64,000 bases of DNA from Owenia fusiformis. Its lineage: Eukaryota. The notes below the pieces were generated by a model. It was not told where the DNA came from, searched no databases, and was given only the letters and a program-made list of their open reading frames with translations. The translations under genes were made by a program, and so were the position numbers. Of this stretch, positions 36,456 through 49,659 are shown in pieces; positions within the stretch are counted from its first letter, which is position 1, and every line of letters starts with the position of its first letter. The stretch covers positions 11,160,001 through 11,224,000 of the forward strand of contig CAIIXF020000001.1 of NCBI GenBank assembly GCA_903813345.2, in the 5' to 3' direction.

Positions 36456-39400
36456 TACTCGGGGTGGAAGGTGTGAGAATTGTGCAAAAAATGACTTTGT
36501 GAGCTGGATGGAGTTTCTCTGTATTTTTCATTCTATTAGGGTGTCCTGCTTAAGGGATTTCGCCTGCGAAGCATATAACTCTTGCGAACATATCTAAATA
36601 TTGGTCCGAAGAAGACATAGCTGGAATTTTTTAGAAAAAAATTGGCTAAAAATGGAAACTACAAAAAGTTAAAATGTTCAACTCAAACAAAACTATAGCT
36701 ATTTAATATTAACACTTTGTATTATTTAATGTTTTTCAGATGTTTAAGGACCTTCATTAGTGTACTAGTGTCTAGAAATAAGATAATTAAGGACAAAATT
36801 TGGCATTTTTGATCATTTTCGCTTTCAGCAGTAACATATAGTTCCTTATATCTTGAGTTTAATGTTGACTGGTTGTTGCAATTTTGATCAAATCTGTTCT
36901 TGTACATGTCTTCTTCCATTTAAGATACAAAAAATGTATATTGGACCACCAATGGTCATATAAGGGCTTTCAGATCTCCCCTACCCCATTTATTATGAAA
37001 AATTACTGAAACATATGAAAATGTAAAATAACTTGAATTTATAAACTTTAACAATGTTGTAGCTATTCTATATCAATATTATGTATTATTTAATGTTTTT
37101 CAGATGTTTCAGGACCTTTTATTGGTATACTAGTGCCTAGAAATGAGACATTTAAGGACAAAACTTGGCATTTTTAAAATCCTTTTAGCTTTCAGCAGTA
37201 ACATATAATATATTGAGTTTTATGCTTACTGGTTGTTGCAATTTTAATCAAATCTGTTCTTGTAGATGTCTTCTTCCATTTAAGATACAAAAAATGTATA
37301 TTGGACCACCAATGGTCATATTAGAGCTTTCAGATCTCCCCTACCCCATTTATAATGAAAAATTATAAGAAAAATATGAAAATATAAAATAACTTGAAAC
37401 TAACTATAAACTTTAATAAAGTTGTAGCTATTCTATATCAATATTATGTGGTATTTAATCTTTTTAAGATATTTTAGAACCTTTTATTGGTATACTAGTG
37501 CCTAGAAATGAGACATTTAAGGACAAAACATGGCTTTTTTACCATTTTCACTTTCAGCAATAACATATAGGTCCTTATATCTTGAGTTTAATGCTGACTG
37601 GTTGGTGCATTCTTAGTCAAATTTGTTCTTGTAGATGTCTTCTTTCATTTACGATATAAAAAAATGTATAGTGGATGACCAATGTTCATAGTAGAGCTTT
37701 CAGATCTCCCCTACCCCATTCATTAGGAAAAATGACCGGAAACTATTAAAAAAAGTAAAATAACTTCAAATTATGAACTTTTACAAAGTTGTACCTATTC
37801 TATGTCAATACTTTGTATTATTTAATCTTTTTCTGATGTTTCAGGACCCTCATTAGTATTCTAATGCCTAGAAATGTGATATTTAAGGACAAAACTTTTT
37901 TTCATTTTCGCTTTCAGCAATAACGTTTAGGTCCCTTTATATTGAGTTTTATGCTGACTGGTTGGTGCATTCTTGGTCAGATCTGTTCTTGTACATGTCT
38001 TCTTCCATTTAGGATATAAAAATGTATATTGGAAAACCAATGTTGATATAAAGCTTTCATGTCTCCCCTGCCCCATTTATAATGTAAATGAAAAAGTAAT
38101 TTCAAATCATAAACTTTAACAAAATTGTAGCTATTCTCTATCAATACTATGTATTATTTAATGTAACCTTCATTTGATTACATGTGTCTAAAATTTGTCA
38201 TTTTTAGCATTCTGCATTTAGCAGTAGCATATAATTTTCCACAATTATAATTCTTTGATGATAGATTCATATATGTTTTCTATTGAATCTGTCTTCTTTG
38301 ATTTAAGTTAAAGAAAATGTATGTAAGACAAACAATGTTTTTATTAGAGGTCTAAGATCTGCCCTCCACCATTTAATAAGAAAACCGACACAAATGTTAT
38401 TATTGCATGTTAATATTCTTAAACTTTTCAAAAGTTTAGCACATTTATTAGCACACTAAAATCAAAAAATGACACATAAATGGGCAAAATGACAAACTTT
38501 TCACTTTCAGTATTAGTTGTTTATATTTTTAGTTCAATGGTGATTGTTGATATATTTTAGATCATATATATTCAATTATTTGTCTTGTTATCTTCAAAGC
38601 ATGGAAAATGTGTTTTAAACACAAATATACATATTAGGGATAAAATTACTACACTACCATATTTTTAAAAGATTACTCAAAAATAGAATAGTGCGAAATA
38701 ATTTTGTACCTTCAGTTTACCCTCATATGAATCAAAGGATATGTCTATATATAAACATGATTGTTCACAACTCTCGAACTTAATCTAGCAACAGCCTGAT
38801 TTTTCAAATCTCCCTGGTTCTATGTTAGAGCTGCATTTAAGTCATCTTAAAGGTCTAAGTTGCTCATGACACCACAAGCTATATATTCAGATATGTAAGA
38901 TCTCTAAATAATTGTTATAGTTCTGAGAAACTCATCCTAAAATATTGTCCAACGATGTGCACTATGTTGTTTATTGCCACATGGACAAGTAGCAATACAC
39001 CCTTGACTAGAAACTTTGTATTTGCAATTTTCTCTGCCTTATGCCATTTTACATTTGCGAATTGCCAAGGACATATGATTTTTGTGTTGCTACGAAGGTT
39101 TGTTTGTGAGTACTGGTACAAGACACCCATCTTTGATATATCTTCAAATAGGTATTGCACTTTGAGATTCATATAGTAGGACATAAGAAACTTTAAGAGC
39201 TCTTTTTAACTCTCATCCTTCTTTGCAAGCAACATTCTGTATCATCAGACTGAATACAAATTCTCTCAACAATGAATTCCTTTGTCTTGTCTGCAGCACT
39301 GTAATAGACATGGGCCATAAGGAGAGTGTCAACTTCTTCATTTCACAATGATTGCATTTACCAAAATATCCCCAAGCCCAATCCATCATGAACTTCCTAA

Positions 39401-41867
39401 TAACACCACCCTTAGGTGTAATATGGAAATCACCAAGCCTTTAACATTGCAATTGATATGAGGGAATCACTCAGATGCGAGTAGGTAGTTACCAGTTTCG
39501 CCACCAGGTGGCTGATTCGGGGGAAATAACATGGCAGGGTATTACAAAATTCCCTTAAACTTGAATATGCATCAGTTTTAGTGGTTCACTTTTCAAATTA
39601 CCCTTATGTATGTGATAGTTATACAAATTAAAATAAGTCCAGTAAAAGAAAATATTATCTGCCCAACACAAGAAAAGATATTTCATTTTTTGTAGTTTTA
39701 CAACATGGGGTCTATGGGGAATCTCCCCGACCTAGAAGTCACATTTTCAAAGTTGATCAACTCTTTTCAAAACCACACTTTTAGATGTAATTTTATATGT
39801 AGATTCCAAATTTGACACCAGTTTGATTGAATTGTGATTTTTTTTAATGATGTAAATCAAGATTATTTCTACTCGCATCAAGGATATTCAACCAATATGG
39901 CTTGATCACTGGTTATGATTATCACACTACTATACCCCATTACATTTAAATATATTCCAAGTGTTCTACTATACATTGCATAGATTCATGAGCAGTTTGC
40001 AATGTATTATTACCAGAAAGCCCAAATAGACAAAGATAGAGAATACCCGCCCCATTTGCAACTCAACTTTAAATGTCTAATTTTTAGACTTGTATACTCA
40101 TGAAGTTCCTGAAACATCTGAAAATATCAAATAATACATAGTATTGATCTAGAATAGCAACAACTTTGTTAAAGTCTATACTTTGAAATTATTTGGTTTT
40201 TATATTTCTGGTTATTTTTTCAAAATGGGGTAGGGGAGATATGTAAGCTCTCATATAATGTCAGGCTGTCCTCACATGTTTAAATACCTTAAATCAAAGA
40301 AGGCAGGCAAAAGAACAGATTTGTTCAAGAACCATCAACCAATCAGCATAAAACTCAAGATAAAAGGAAATACAGTAATGTTATTGCTAAACGTGGAAAT
40401 GATGAAAAATTGATGAAAAATGCCAAATTTTGTTCTTAAATGTCTAATTTCTAGACACAAAGTATATTAATGAAGGTCCTGAAACATTAATTATACCATT
40501 CAATAACACATATGGAATGGCTACATCTTTGTTAAAGTTTATACTGGTAATTTGAAGTTATTTTTTATATTTTCCGGTAATCTTCCCTATTAAATGGGGT
40601 AGGGGAGATCTGAAAGCTCTAATATGAACATTGTTTGTCCACTATGCATTATCAATACCTTAAATGGAAGAAGACATGTACAAGAACAGATTTAATCAAA
40701 AATGCATCAACCAGTCAGCATAAAACTCAAGATATGAGGATCTATATGTTACTGCTGAAAGCAGCATTGATTAAAAAATGCCAAGTTTTGTCCTTAAATG
40801 TCTCATTTCTAGTCACTTGAATACCAATAAAGGTTTTTAAAAATCTTAAAAACATTAAATAACACATAATGTTGATATAGAACAGCTACAACTTGATTAA
40901 AGTTTACAATTTCAAGTTATTTTACATTTTCATATTTCTCGTTTATTTTCCATAATAGATGGGGTAGGGGATATCTGAAAGCTCTAATATGAACATTGTT
41001 TGTCTACTATACATTTTCTATATCTTAAATGGAAGAAGACATGCACAAGAACAGATTTGATTGAAAATGAAACAATCAGACAGCATAAAACTCAAGATAT
41101 GAGGAACTATATATTACTGCTGAAAGCGAAAATGATAAAACAAAATGCAAAGTTTTGTCCTTAAATGTCTCATTTCTAGCCACTTGTATACCGAGAAAGG
41201 TTCTGAAATATCTTAAAAACATTAAATAACACATAATATTGATATAGAATAGCTACAACTTTGTTAAAGTTTATGATGTCAAGTTATTTATTTTTTTTAA
41301 TTTTTGGGTAATTTTTCATAATAAATGGGGTAGGGGAGATCTGAATGCTCTCATATGAACATTGTTTGTCTACTATACATTTTCTATACCTTAAATGGAA
41401 GAACACATGTACAAGCACAGATTTAATCAAAAATGCAACAACCAGTCAGCATTAAACTCAAGATATAAGGAACTATATGTTAATGCTGAAAGCGAAAATG
41501 ATTAAAAAATGCCAAATTTTGTCCTTAAATGTCACATTTCTAGACACAAGTACACTAATGAAGGTCCTGAAACATCTGAGAAAGCTTAAATAACACATAA
41601 TATTGATATAGAATAGCTACAACTTTGTTGAGTTGAACATTTTGACTTTTTGTAGTTTCCATTTTTAGCCAATTATTTTCTAAAATATACAAGGTATGTC
41701 TTCTTCGGAACAGTATTTAGATATGTTCGCAAGAGTTATATGCTTCGCAGGCGAAATCCCTTATGCAGGACACCCTAATAGAATAAAAAATACACAGAAA
41801 TTCCATCCAGCTCAAAAAGTCATTTTTTCCTTAACGGAGCCTCTTAGAAAATTTTCCACCCCGAGTA
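36456..41867 (-). mobile_element. Internally deleted Academ (AcademX-type) transposon with giant inverted arms containing ~360-bp tandem repeats
   Basis: Ends TACTCGGGGTGGAA / TTCCACCCCGAGTA. The central minus-strand relic reads RLGDFH, EEVDTLLMAH..ICIQSDDTE (XPG/PIN-like) and a Cys-rich tail CIATCPCG. Confidence 0.7.
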
Positions 41868-42308
41868 TGACAGCTGACCACGCCACGTCAATATTGCTTA
41901 GTCATCCATGAGAGTTACATAATGATCTAACAAGTAAGTACCATTTGATGGAGGACAAACTAGGCTTTTTTACTACTCTCTTCGTATTTTTAGAAGATTG
42001 CTCAAAATTCTAGTATCTCGTCTTTGAAGTTGAGTGTACTTTTTTGTGGACGCCCTGTATATGCAGATGCATGCATATCATTTCCTATGATAGGTGCTAC
42101 AAATGCTGATGCCATAGCTTTGTATGCTACATGCCTCTGTTTAATAGGAGTATATAAACTGACGGCATTGTCAGAGATAGACAGAGTAGACTGACAGGGT
42201 TCTCACGAGATGAATCGAATCACAGATAGCGATCACAGATAGGCAATCAGTTACTCAAATATCTGATTAAACTGTTTTTGTCTGATGATTTCTCGTTATC
42301 ACACAAAG

Positions 42309-43742
42309 ATGAAAACAGGACTTGATGCAAGACTGTTCGTGATGGTTTATTTCCTGATAATAGGGACCACACTCCAAGGTGTGTCATCAATGGAAGTATC
42401 AGGGTTTAAAGTGACGAACCCTCCAAATGGAAAAGTTGATATGAATTTGAATATTTCGAGAATTGAACTGAACAATACACTTGAAGGCACAACCAACAAC
42501 AGTGACACGACAACTGAAACTGGCAACAGTGACATGCAGGTTAATGCCAACCACAGTGACACAACAACTGTAGATACAATCAGTTTACCAACTGAAGCGC
42601 AAAGTATCGTGACAATAACTAAAATGATGAATAGAAATGAAGACAATACGAAAGTATTGGTTCTGAACACTCCAAACGCTAGGTGTACACCGCCAGTTGG
42701 TGATCCAGTTACGGGCCTCAAACTACCTTTCGCAGAACACGCCCGTGTAATGCAGATTTACGTCGCAGCTTTTATCTGTGCCTTCGGTGCGGTTAGTAAC
42801 ATTCTCGCATACATCGTACTCTCTCGACAAAAACAGAATACCAGCGTGTTCACAATGCGTTGCCTCGCTATAAATGATTGCATCTATCTCATGTGGAATG
42901 GAATTTGGGAAGTTTTATACTGGATATACGGACACACATATTGGATGGACAAGTCCGTGGGAGCAAGGTCGCATCACATCAGCCTCGCATATCCGTATGT
43001 ATCTACAGTAGGGTATATGCTACAAATGACAAGCGTATGGCTTGTAGTTCTGATGACCGTGGACCGTTTTGTAGCTGTTTGCTTTCCTATGAGGGCAGTG
43101 TCACTATGTACAATATTTCGAGCAAGGGTTCTCTGTCTTTCTGTTTTCATTATGTCTATCGTTTACCATATTCCCATGTTCTTTGAGTGGAAAATGGCCT
43201 GGGCGAGGAATATGTGCAGCAGGAAATTCGAATACGTATTAAGGTTCACGGACACTGGAGAGAACTTTTATTATCAGTTGATTTACGGATTCATTTTGAA
43301 TCTCATGTTTAAGAATGTCGTACCGATATTGATCGTCTTCATATTGAATATAATGTTGATTCGGGATCTCTACCGAGCGAAGAGAGCGCGAATGGAGATT
43401 CAGAGTGGGGCTAACACACATTCGAGACAAGAGAGAGACATTACGATGACTCTTCTTTCAGTCTCTACGATCCTTGTTATTTGTCTGATACCAAGACTGG
43501 CACTGAAAGGCATGCGATTGGTGCTCTGGATTCCAGAGACAAACGAAGAGAAGATTGCCCAATTTGGGTCCTTGGAGGCATACGATAACTACTATTGGAG
43601 TTCGAACTACCTCTTTTTAGCTTCTGTGTTCTTAATGAGGGCCAATGCTGCCGTTAACTTGTTCTTCTATTGTATCGTTCGGAAGGATTTTAGGAAAGAA
43701 TTGCAGGCTATTTGTACCTGTAATAAAAAGAAGACGAGTTAA
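42309..43742 (+). CDS. GPCR2: paralog with an in-frame ectodomain deletion and a truncated C-tail (477 aa from the homologous ATG)
   Basis: The 7TM core is intact and nearly identical to GPCR1/3; ATG 42309 aligns with the other starts; an AAA>TAA change follows helix 8. Confidence 0.88.
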   Translation: MKTGLDARLFVMVYFLIIGTTLQGVSSMEVSGFKVTNPPNGKVDMNLNISRIELNNTLEGTTNNSDTTTETGNSDMQVNANHSDTTTVDTISLPTEAQSIVTITKMMNRNEDNTKVLVLNTPNARCTPPVGDPVTGLKLPFAEHARVMQIYVAAFICAFGAVSNILAYIVLSRQKQNTSVFTMRCLAINDCIYLMWNGIWEVLYWIYGHTYWMDKSVGARSHHISLAYPYVSTVGYMLQMTSVWLVVLMTVDRFVAVCFPMRAVSLCTIFRARVLCLSVFIMSIVYHIPMFFEWKMAWARNMCSRKFEYVLRFTDTGENFYYQLIYGFILNLMFKNVVPILIVFILNIMLIRDLYRAKRARMEIQSGANTHSRQERDITMTLLSVSTILVICLIPRLALKGMRLVLWIPETNEEKIAQFGSLEAYDNYYWSSNYLFLASVFLMRANAAVNLFFYCIVRKDFRKELQAICTCNKKKTS

Positions 43743-44508
43743 ACTCAAATGGACGAAAGTTCACGACTTGGCGCACAGGGGCAAGTAACCAAGGAGTCTT
43801 GAGGAGAAATGAGAAAGGGTGAACAATATATCCGGCCGGGTGGACTGGTAAATGTTGATTTGGCTTCTCATCTGCCGATGAATCCTGCAATTACAACGTT
43901 AGACCAAAGTGAGGTTCAACTAAAAGAGCAGCACCAGAATATGGTGAAAGTGTCATACTTTGATAACTGGTCATTGTTACAGACAGTAAAGTACTGAGTT
44001 TTATTTGGGGGAACTTGAACCTTTCGATCTGGTCCAAGACAAGACTAGTGACAAGATTTCCACCTTGTAATGTATACTTATTATTATTTAAAATATGTAT
44101 GTTTATTTTTATTTATAATAAAAGTTGATAGGAAGTTACCCGTTCTTTGCGTATAATTATGTTTATATATTGTATTTTAATTTCGAAGTGGACTAGCAAA
44201 ACGAAGGAACTTGATAGGCCTGTACTAGCAGAAATATTTTTCATTCTAATCTGGGCTGAATGCACATCGTCTGTCAAACTTTCTTTCGGAAAACAAATCT
44301 CGATTTTTTTTACAAAACAGGTTATGCAGTTTCCGTTCCTGATGACCTATTTCTGTTATGTGGCCGACAGCTGAAAGTTATACAAACCTAAATTTCAGCG
44401 TCATCTCAATAACACAATGTACGCTCCCCTCCATAAGTTTGGGTACCGGAAGCTTCATTGGGTACCATACCAAAACGTTCAAAGTTTGAGTCTTAGTTTT
44501 GTTCCGTA

Positions 44509-45093
44509 CCCCCTATCACACCAAACTAGTTCTTACCCGTTCTTGCCAGTCCTACGAAAACGTCGTAAAGTCGGCTCAATCTGGCTGTGGTCGGGAGATA
44601 TGTCTAGAATAATTAGCTACTTCGTTCATAAACAGTCTTCAATACGTCCATCTCATTCGCAGTTCGTTCAGGTCGCACCACGTCGGTGTGCAACGTCGTA
44701 TAACGCGTCCCTTAGTCTAGAAGGTCATCATGACCTGATTACAGGACGGTATGGTCGCCATCGAATTTTGAATCGATTCAAAATTCTAAATCACATTCCC
44801 CGTCCGGGAAAGTCCATGAAGTTCGTAAACAGACCGTAGAACATTGTAGCTTCGTTCATTCCGTTCGCACACAGTTTAGAACCAGTTTTGAAGAACGCAG
44901 TGGCAACTTGCATCCGACATGGTGTAACTTGAACGAATTGCAAATGAGAGGGACGTATTGAACTGCTGTTTATGGACGAAGTATAGTAGCTAATTATTAA
45001 AGACACATTTCCCAACCACAGCCAGATTTAGCCAGTTGACTTTTCTGTTAGGCTGGACAGAACGATTGAGAACTAGTTTGGTGTGATAGGGGG
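44509..45093. mobile_element. Shorter, reverse-orientation member of the 819-1630 MITE family
   Basis: Same TIRs; 44509-44900 is the reverse complement of ~1240-1630. Confidence 0.8.
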
Positions 45094-46329
45094 TTAATTA
45101 CAATAATTTGGAGGTTCATGACCACTCTTGAAGTCATCACATATTTCTGTCTTTCAATTAGAAATATGAAATTGATGATTTTGTATCGTCAACTCAATGA
45201 CGAAGCTCTTCTCGTTACTATCAATAACCATGTCGATCAATCCTTTTAGCATCAGAATTTAATATGAAAAATATTTTCCCAATCATGATAAAATAGCAAT
45301 ACCAATTAAATGTGACGTCAACAGAACATTTCATTCAGATTATCAATCCATTACATAGATTAGACATACAATTACTGGATGAGCGTGGTGTAAAAGTGGT
45401 TTTGAAAAATGGCAAATTTCTCTTTATGTAGGTTATTTATCGTTTATTATTCTACATTAACTCTGAAAATAATGGTGTCTATAGTTTTTCGGCGTTTTTG
45501 AAATATGCAGATTTATACCCCCTGGTGTGATTTTAAGGGGGGGGGGTACTAGGAAAGCTATGTATAATTCTTAGAATATACAACTAATCATCTTGATACT
45601 TAGAGGTAATCATCTACTTACAATGTTCTACCATTATGACAAGTTTCATCAAAGTTGGTCGATTGGTTGATATGGTAACTGAGATCACATGTTAAAAAAG
45701 TACACAAAAATCTAAGACACCCCTGAGACAAAACACATATTATTTTCATGAAATAGGAAGGACTCACCATGAAAACATTTTAGAAAACTTATTCATAGTA
45801 TGTTTGATAATATTAAATCAACTAATGTTTTATCGAAGCCACACAGTGAATACTATTTGCTGATGATTATATGGCTATGCAAAGAACTTTAGAAAGGGGA
45901 CGTGGCACTTTCCAAAGAAATATTTATTTGCGTTCAAAGTTTTGAGGTAAATAATTAACCATTTGTCCTAATAAAATATTACTTGAATTATTATGTTCGA
46001 TATTTACAAGTAATCATCTGCTTATCATGTCCTAACAGTATGACAAGTACCATCAATGTTGGCCAGTTGGTTGCTATGGTGCATGCAACCTTTGACAAAG
46101 CAAATAATATGTTCATCAAATTGGGAGAAATTAGCATGAAAACATTTCAGAAAACTTATCCAGAGCTGTATGTTTGATGATGTTTAATCAATGAATATTT
46201 CTTTTTAGCTATTTGATGCATTGTATTTATTGATCATAATACGACTATGCAGAATGTGGCTGTCACAGATACTCTGAGATTAAGCGTGGGGACATATTAA
46301 TTCATTTAGTCTATCATTTGCCCCAAAAA

Positions 46330-46790
46330 CCTCATTAAAAGATCAAGCTATGTCAACTTCTCCATCTGTTGCAATCTTTTCTACCAATATGTCTATGAGA
46401 TTATCAGGTAGAATGGTTGATCTGATCAATTAAGCTTTATGTTGCCATTAACAAGTTTCCATCCATGATTCTCAGGATTGGGTATATCTGATTTATTGAA
46501 GTGTGCATTCTTCCGGATAGACGCTTGATGGTTAACATGTTTCACATGTTGAATGAGGGGGTCTTTACTTGGTGGCAATGGGGAAAGATCAAAATCATGT
46601 GTTTTGTTCACTTGGGTCTCTGTTAATTCCAAAGAATTTCTGAAGGTCGTAAATAGATTCTTGAATATGCTCCCACTTCTGATGATTCGCAGAGCCTGGA
46701 GCTTCCCCCTCCAACAAAAGCACTTGTTGAGTCCCAGTCTGTAAAAGCATTGCATGATGGAAGTGCCGGACACAGTTTAGATCCTCCTTG
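46330..46790 (-). pseudogene. Academ-type transposon protein relic (XPG-associated region)
   Basis: RGKLQALRII..LPPSKDPLIQHVKHVNHQASIRKNAH..DIPNPENHGWKLVNG matches the LPP..QH..R..YQ..W..GW block I recall from AcademX proteins. It is flanked by inverted arms (45600-46300 vs 47560-48610). Confidence 0.6.
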
Positions 46791-46870
46791 CTTGTTCCTA
46801 CATCAATCAATATCAGTTGTTTGAACCGAGTACAAACAAGAACACTTCTGTATCTACAGAAAGCAATACT

Positions 46871-49659
46871 TACTCGAGTCTCTAGCCAATACTTGGCTAG
46901 AGGGGATTTCATCTGAAATACTGTGAACTCTATTTGAAAAAAGCTGGCCGTGGTGTCATAAATTTATTGATTATTTTAAAAATCGCCAGATAAATAAATC
47001 ATTAATCAAAACCGGACCCAGGTCGGCTCCTTGATGAGATATGACATGATTTTATCAGGATTTCGTCTAAAATTAAAACAAAATGCCTCCAAGAAAAATG
47101 GCGATGTTCGAAAACTGGACGAAATGTCGTTAACGTCTGACATTAGAAACTGGCTGTAAGTTAGCGATCCAGAAGATGTGAACTAATACACTGATCACTT
47201 TATGTGTGTTTTGGAATTTTTGGTGAGGTCGAATAAGACCAAAACTCGCAATTCAAATTGTGATGTGGAAAAATGGCGGACATATGATTTCAAATTTTAT
47301 GATTACGACATGACCAGTTGTTCATGCAGGAATATATCTGTACTGGAAGGCCACGATACAGTGGCCTTAGACGAAGGTAACGCAATACGATATCTGTTGT
47401 TTTTAGAATTCATTAAGAAGTGTTTCCAGTCTTTGTATTTAGCTGTAATAGTTGCAGGACCCTTTAAAACAATTGGATCTGATATTCTCCTTCTTTGTCT
47501 CTCTTTTTTCCTCTATTGATATTTTGTTCTAAGAGTCTGGTATAAAATATATTACAGCACTATCTCTAGGTAAAGCCTCAAATATGTACATAATGTGACA
47601 GCCATATTCTGTATAGTCTTATTATGATTAGCAAATTCAATGTATCAAATGCCCCAGATGAAATATCTATTATTGATTTAACATTATCAGACATACTCAA
47701 AATAAGTGTTCTGAAATGTTTTCATACAAATTCCTCCCAATTAGATGAATTTTTTATGTGCCCAATCTCTCAGAGTGTGTCTTAGAATTTTCTAGTACCC
47801 CCTTAATGTGTACTTCTTAACAAATGATTTCTGTTACAATAGCAATCAGTTGCCCCACATTTATGAAACTTGTCATAGTGTAAGAACATAATTGTTGGAT
47901 TTACACTAGCGCGCTAGGACGTCTTAGCTAAAACGTTTTAGCGTTAAAACGTTTTGCAAATGTTGTAAATCCAGATTTACGCAAGAGCTCTCGGCTAAGA
48001 GCTAAAACGTTTTAGGACCCTAGTCACAGCCAAGACGTCTTGGCGTTAAAACGTTTTACAAGCGAGTGTAAATCCATCGGTTTTAGCTAAGAGCTCTTAG
48101 TCCGGGTTTTTGCGTTGCTCCGAACGAAACATTTGAAACTTTCCATATACATAATGTCGCATGGTCCTTTATTTTGTCTTAATATCCCTTGTTCCCAATA
48201 TCATCCCAAAATTATTGAAAATAACTTATTTGCCTGGCGATTTATCATAATCCTAATTTATGCATAAAATCTTCCTGCTCTCTTTCATGCTTTTAACAGT
48301 GCTGTCTTTTGGTCATATTTTTCTGAAACCGATGCATTCTTTAGTACAAAGTCGGGTACAAAGTATAGCCTAGAAGCGGGAAAGGAATAACTATATTGAC
48401 TGAACCGTCCTTCAACCAGTACTGAACTGCTTTTTTCATTTTACATGTATACCTGTCAATAACAGGATGATTAGTTAGATATTCTCGGAATTATGTATGG
48501 CTTTCATGGTAACCCCTTAATGTGTACTTTTTAATAAATGATTTCTGTTACCATAGCATCCAATTGGTACACTTCAATAATGAAACTTGTCAGAGTGGTA
48601 GGACATGATAAGATTTACGCGGTAAACACGATACAAAAATATGTCATATTCCGCAACGAATATGGCATATTCACTTGCGGTGTATGACAGATTCACCTGC
48701 GGTATATGGCATACACACTAACCAATGAGAACGTGATACGGAAGTATGCAATTGTCAATTGCATCGATTGAACGAACAAGTAAAACGTTATAAATTAATC
48801 GTCATAAACTTACTCAATCAATCCAAGCATATTAGTACTCCACGAATTAACTATATTGGTAATCCAGTGTAGTTTTACATTTAGAGTCGATTCTTGCAAC
48901 CAATCAAATCAAGGCTTTTAGTATCACGTTTTCATCACCGGTATATGTCATATTCACCAGCGGTATATGGCATATTCCGCAAGTGACTATATTTGATAAA
49001 TATTATTGATTTATAGGATCATTATGAAAACTTTTCAGTGTTTAAATGTTAAAATATACACATTGATACAATTTTTGACAAAGTAGCAGCCATAAAATCC
49101 AAACAGATTTGCAAATATTTCACTTTGAGATCAAAGGGACACATTTGGGAGGGGGTCAAATTGAGAATATTTCAAGATATAAATACTATTTCTATGGTAA
49201 CCATATCAGTTAGAGATTGGAAATTTCTGGCACTTACTAACCAAAACACACATAAAGTGATCAGTGTATTAGTTCACATCTGGATTGCTAACTTAGAATT
49301 AACAGCCAGTTACTAATGTCAGACGTTAACGACATTTCGTCCAGTTTTCGAACATCGCCATTTTTCTTGGAGCCATTTTGTTTTAATTTTAGACGAAATC
49401 CTGATGAAATCATGTCATATCTCATCGCCATTTTTCTTGGAGCCATTTAGTTTTAATTTTAGACGAAATCCTGATGAAATCATGTCATATCTCATCAAGG
49501 AGCCGAGCGGGGTCCGTTTTGATTAATGATTTATTTATCTGGCGATTTTTAATAAATATTCAATAAATTTATGACACCACGGCCAGCTTTTTTCAAATGG
49601 AGTTCACAGTATTCCAGATGAAATCCCCTCTAGCCAAGTATTGGCTAGAGACTCGAGTA
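46871..49659. repeat. Young ~345-bp inverted repeat pair (46871-47215 / 49240-49659)
   Basis: TACTCGAGTCTCTAGCCAATACTTGGCTAGAG start with a near-identical reverse complement; the right copy carries a 70-bp tandem duplication (49353-49492). Confidence 0.8.

Noticed and set aside
42285-42308. Upstream ATG extension of GPCR2
   Set aside because: Not shared with GPCR1 or GPCR3; ATG 42309 is the homologous start.
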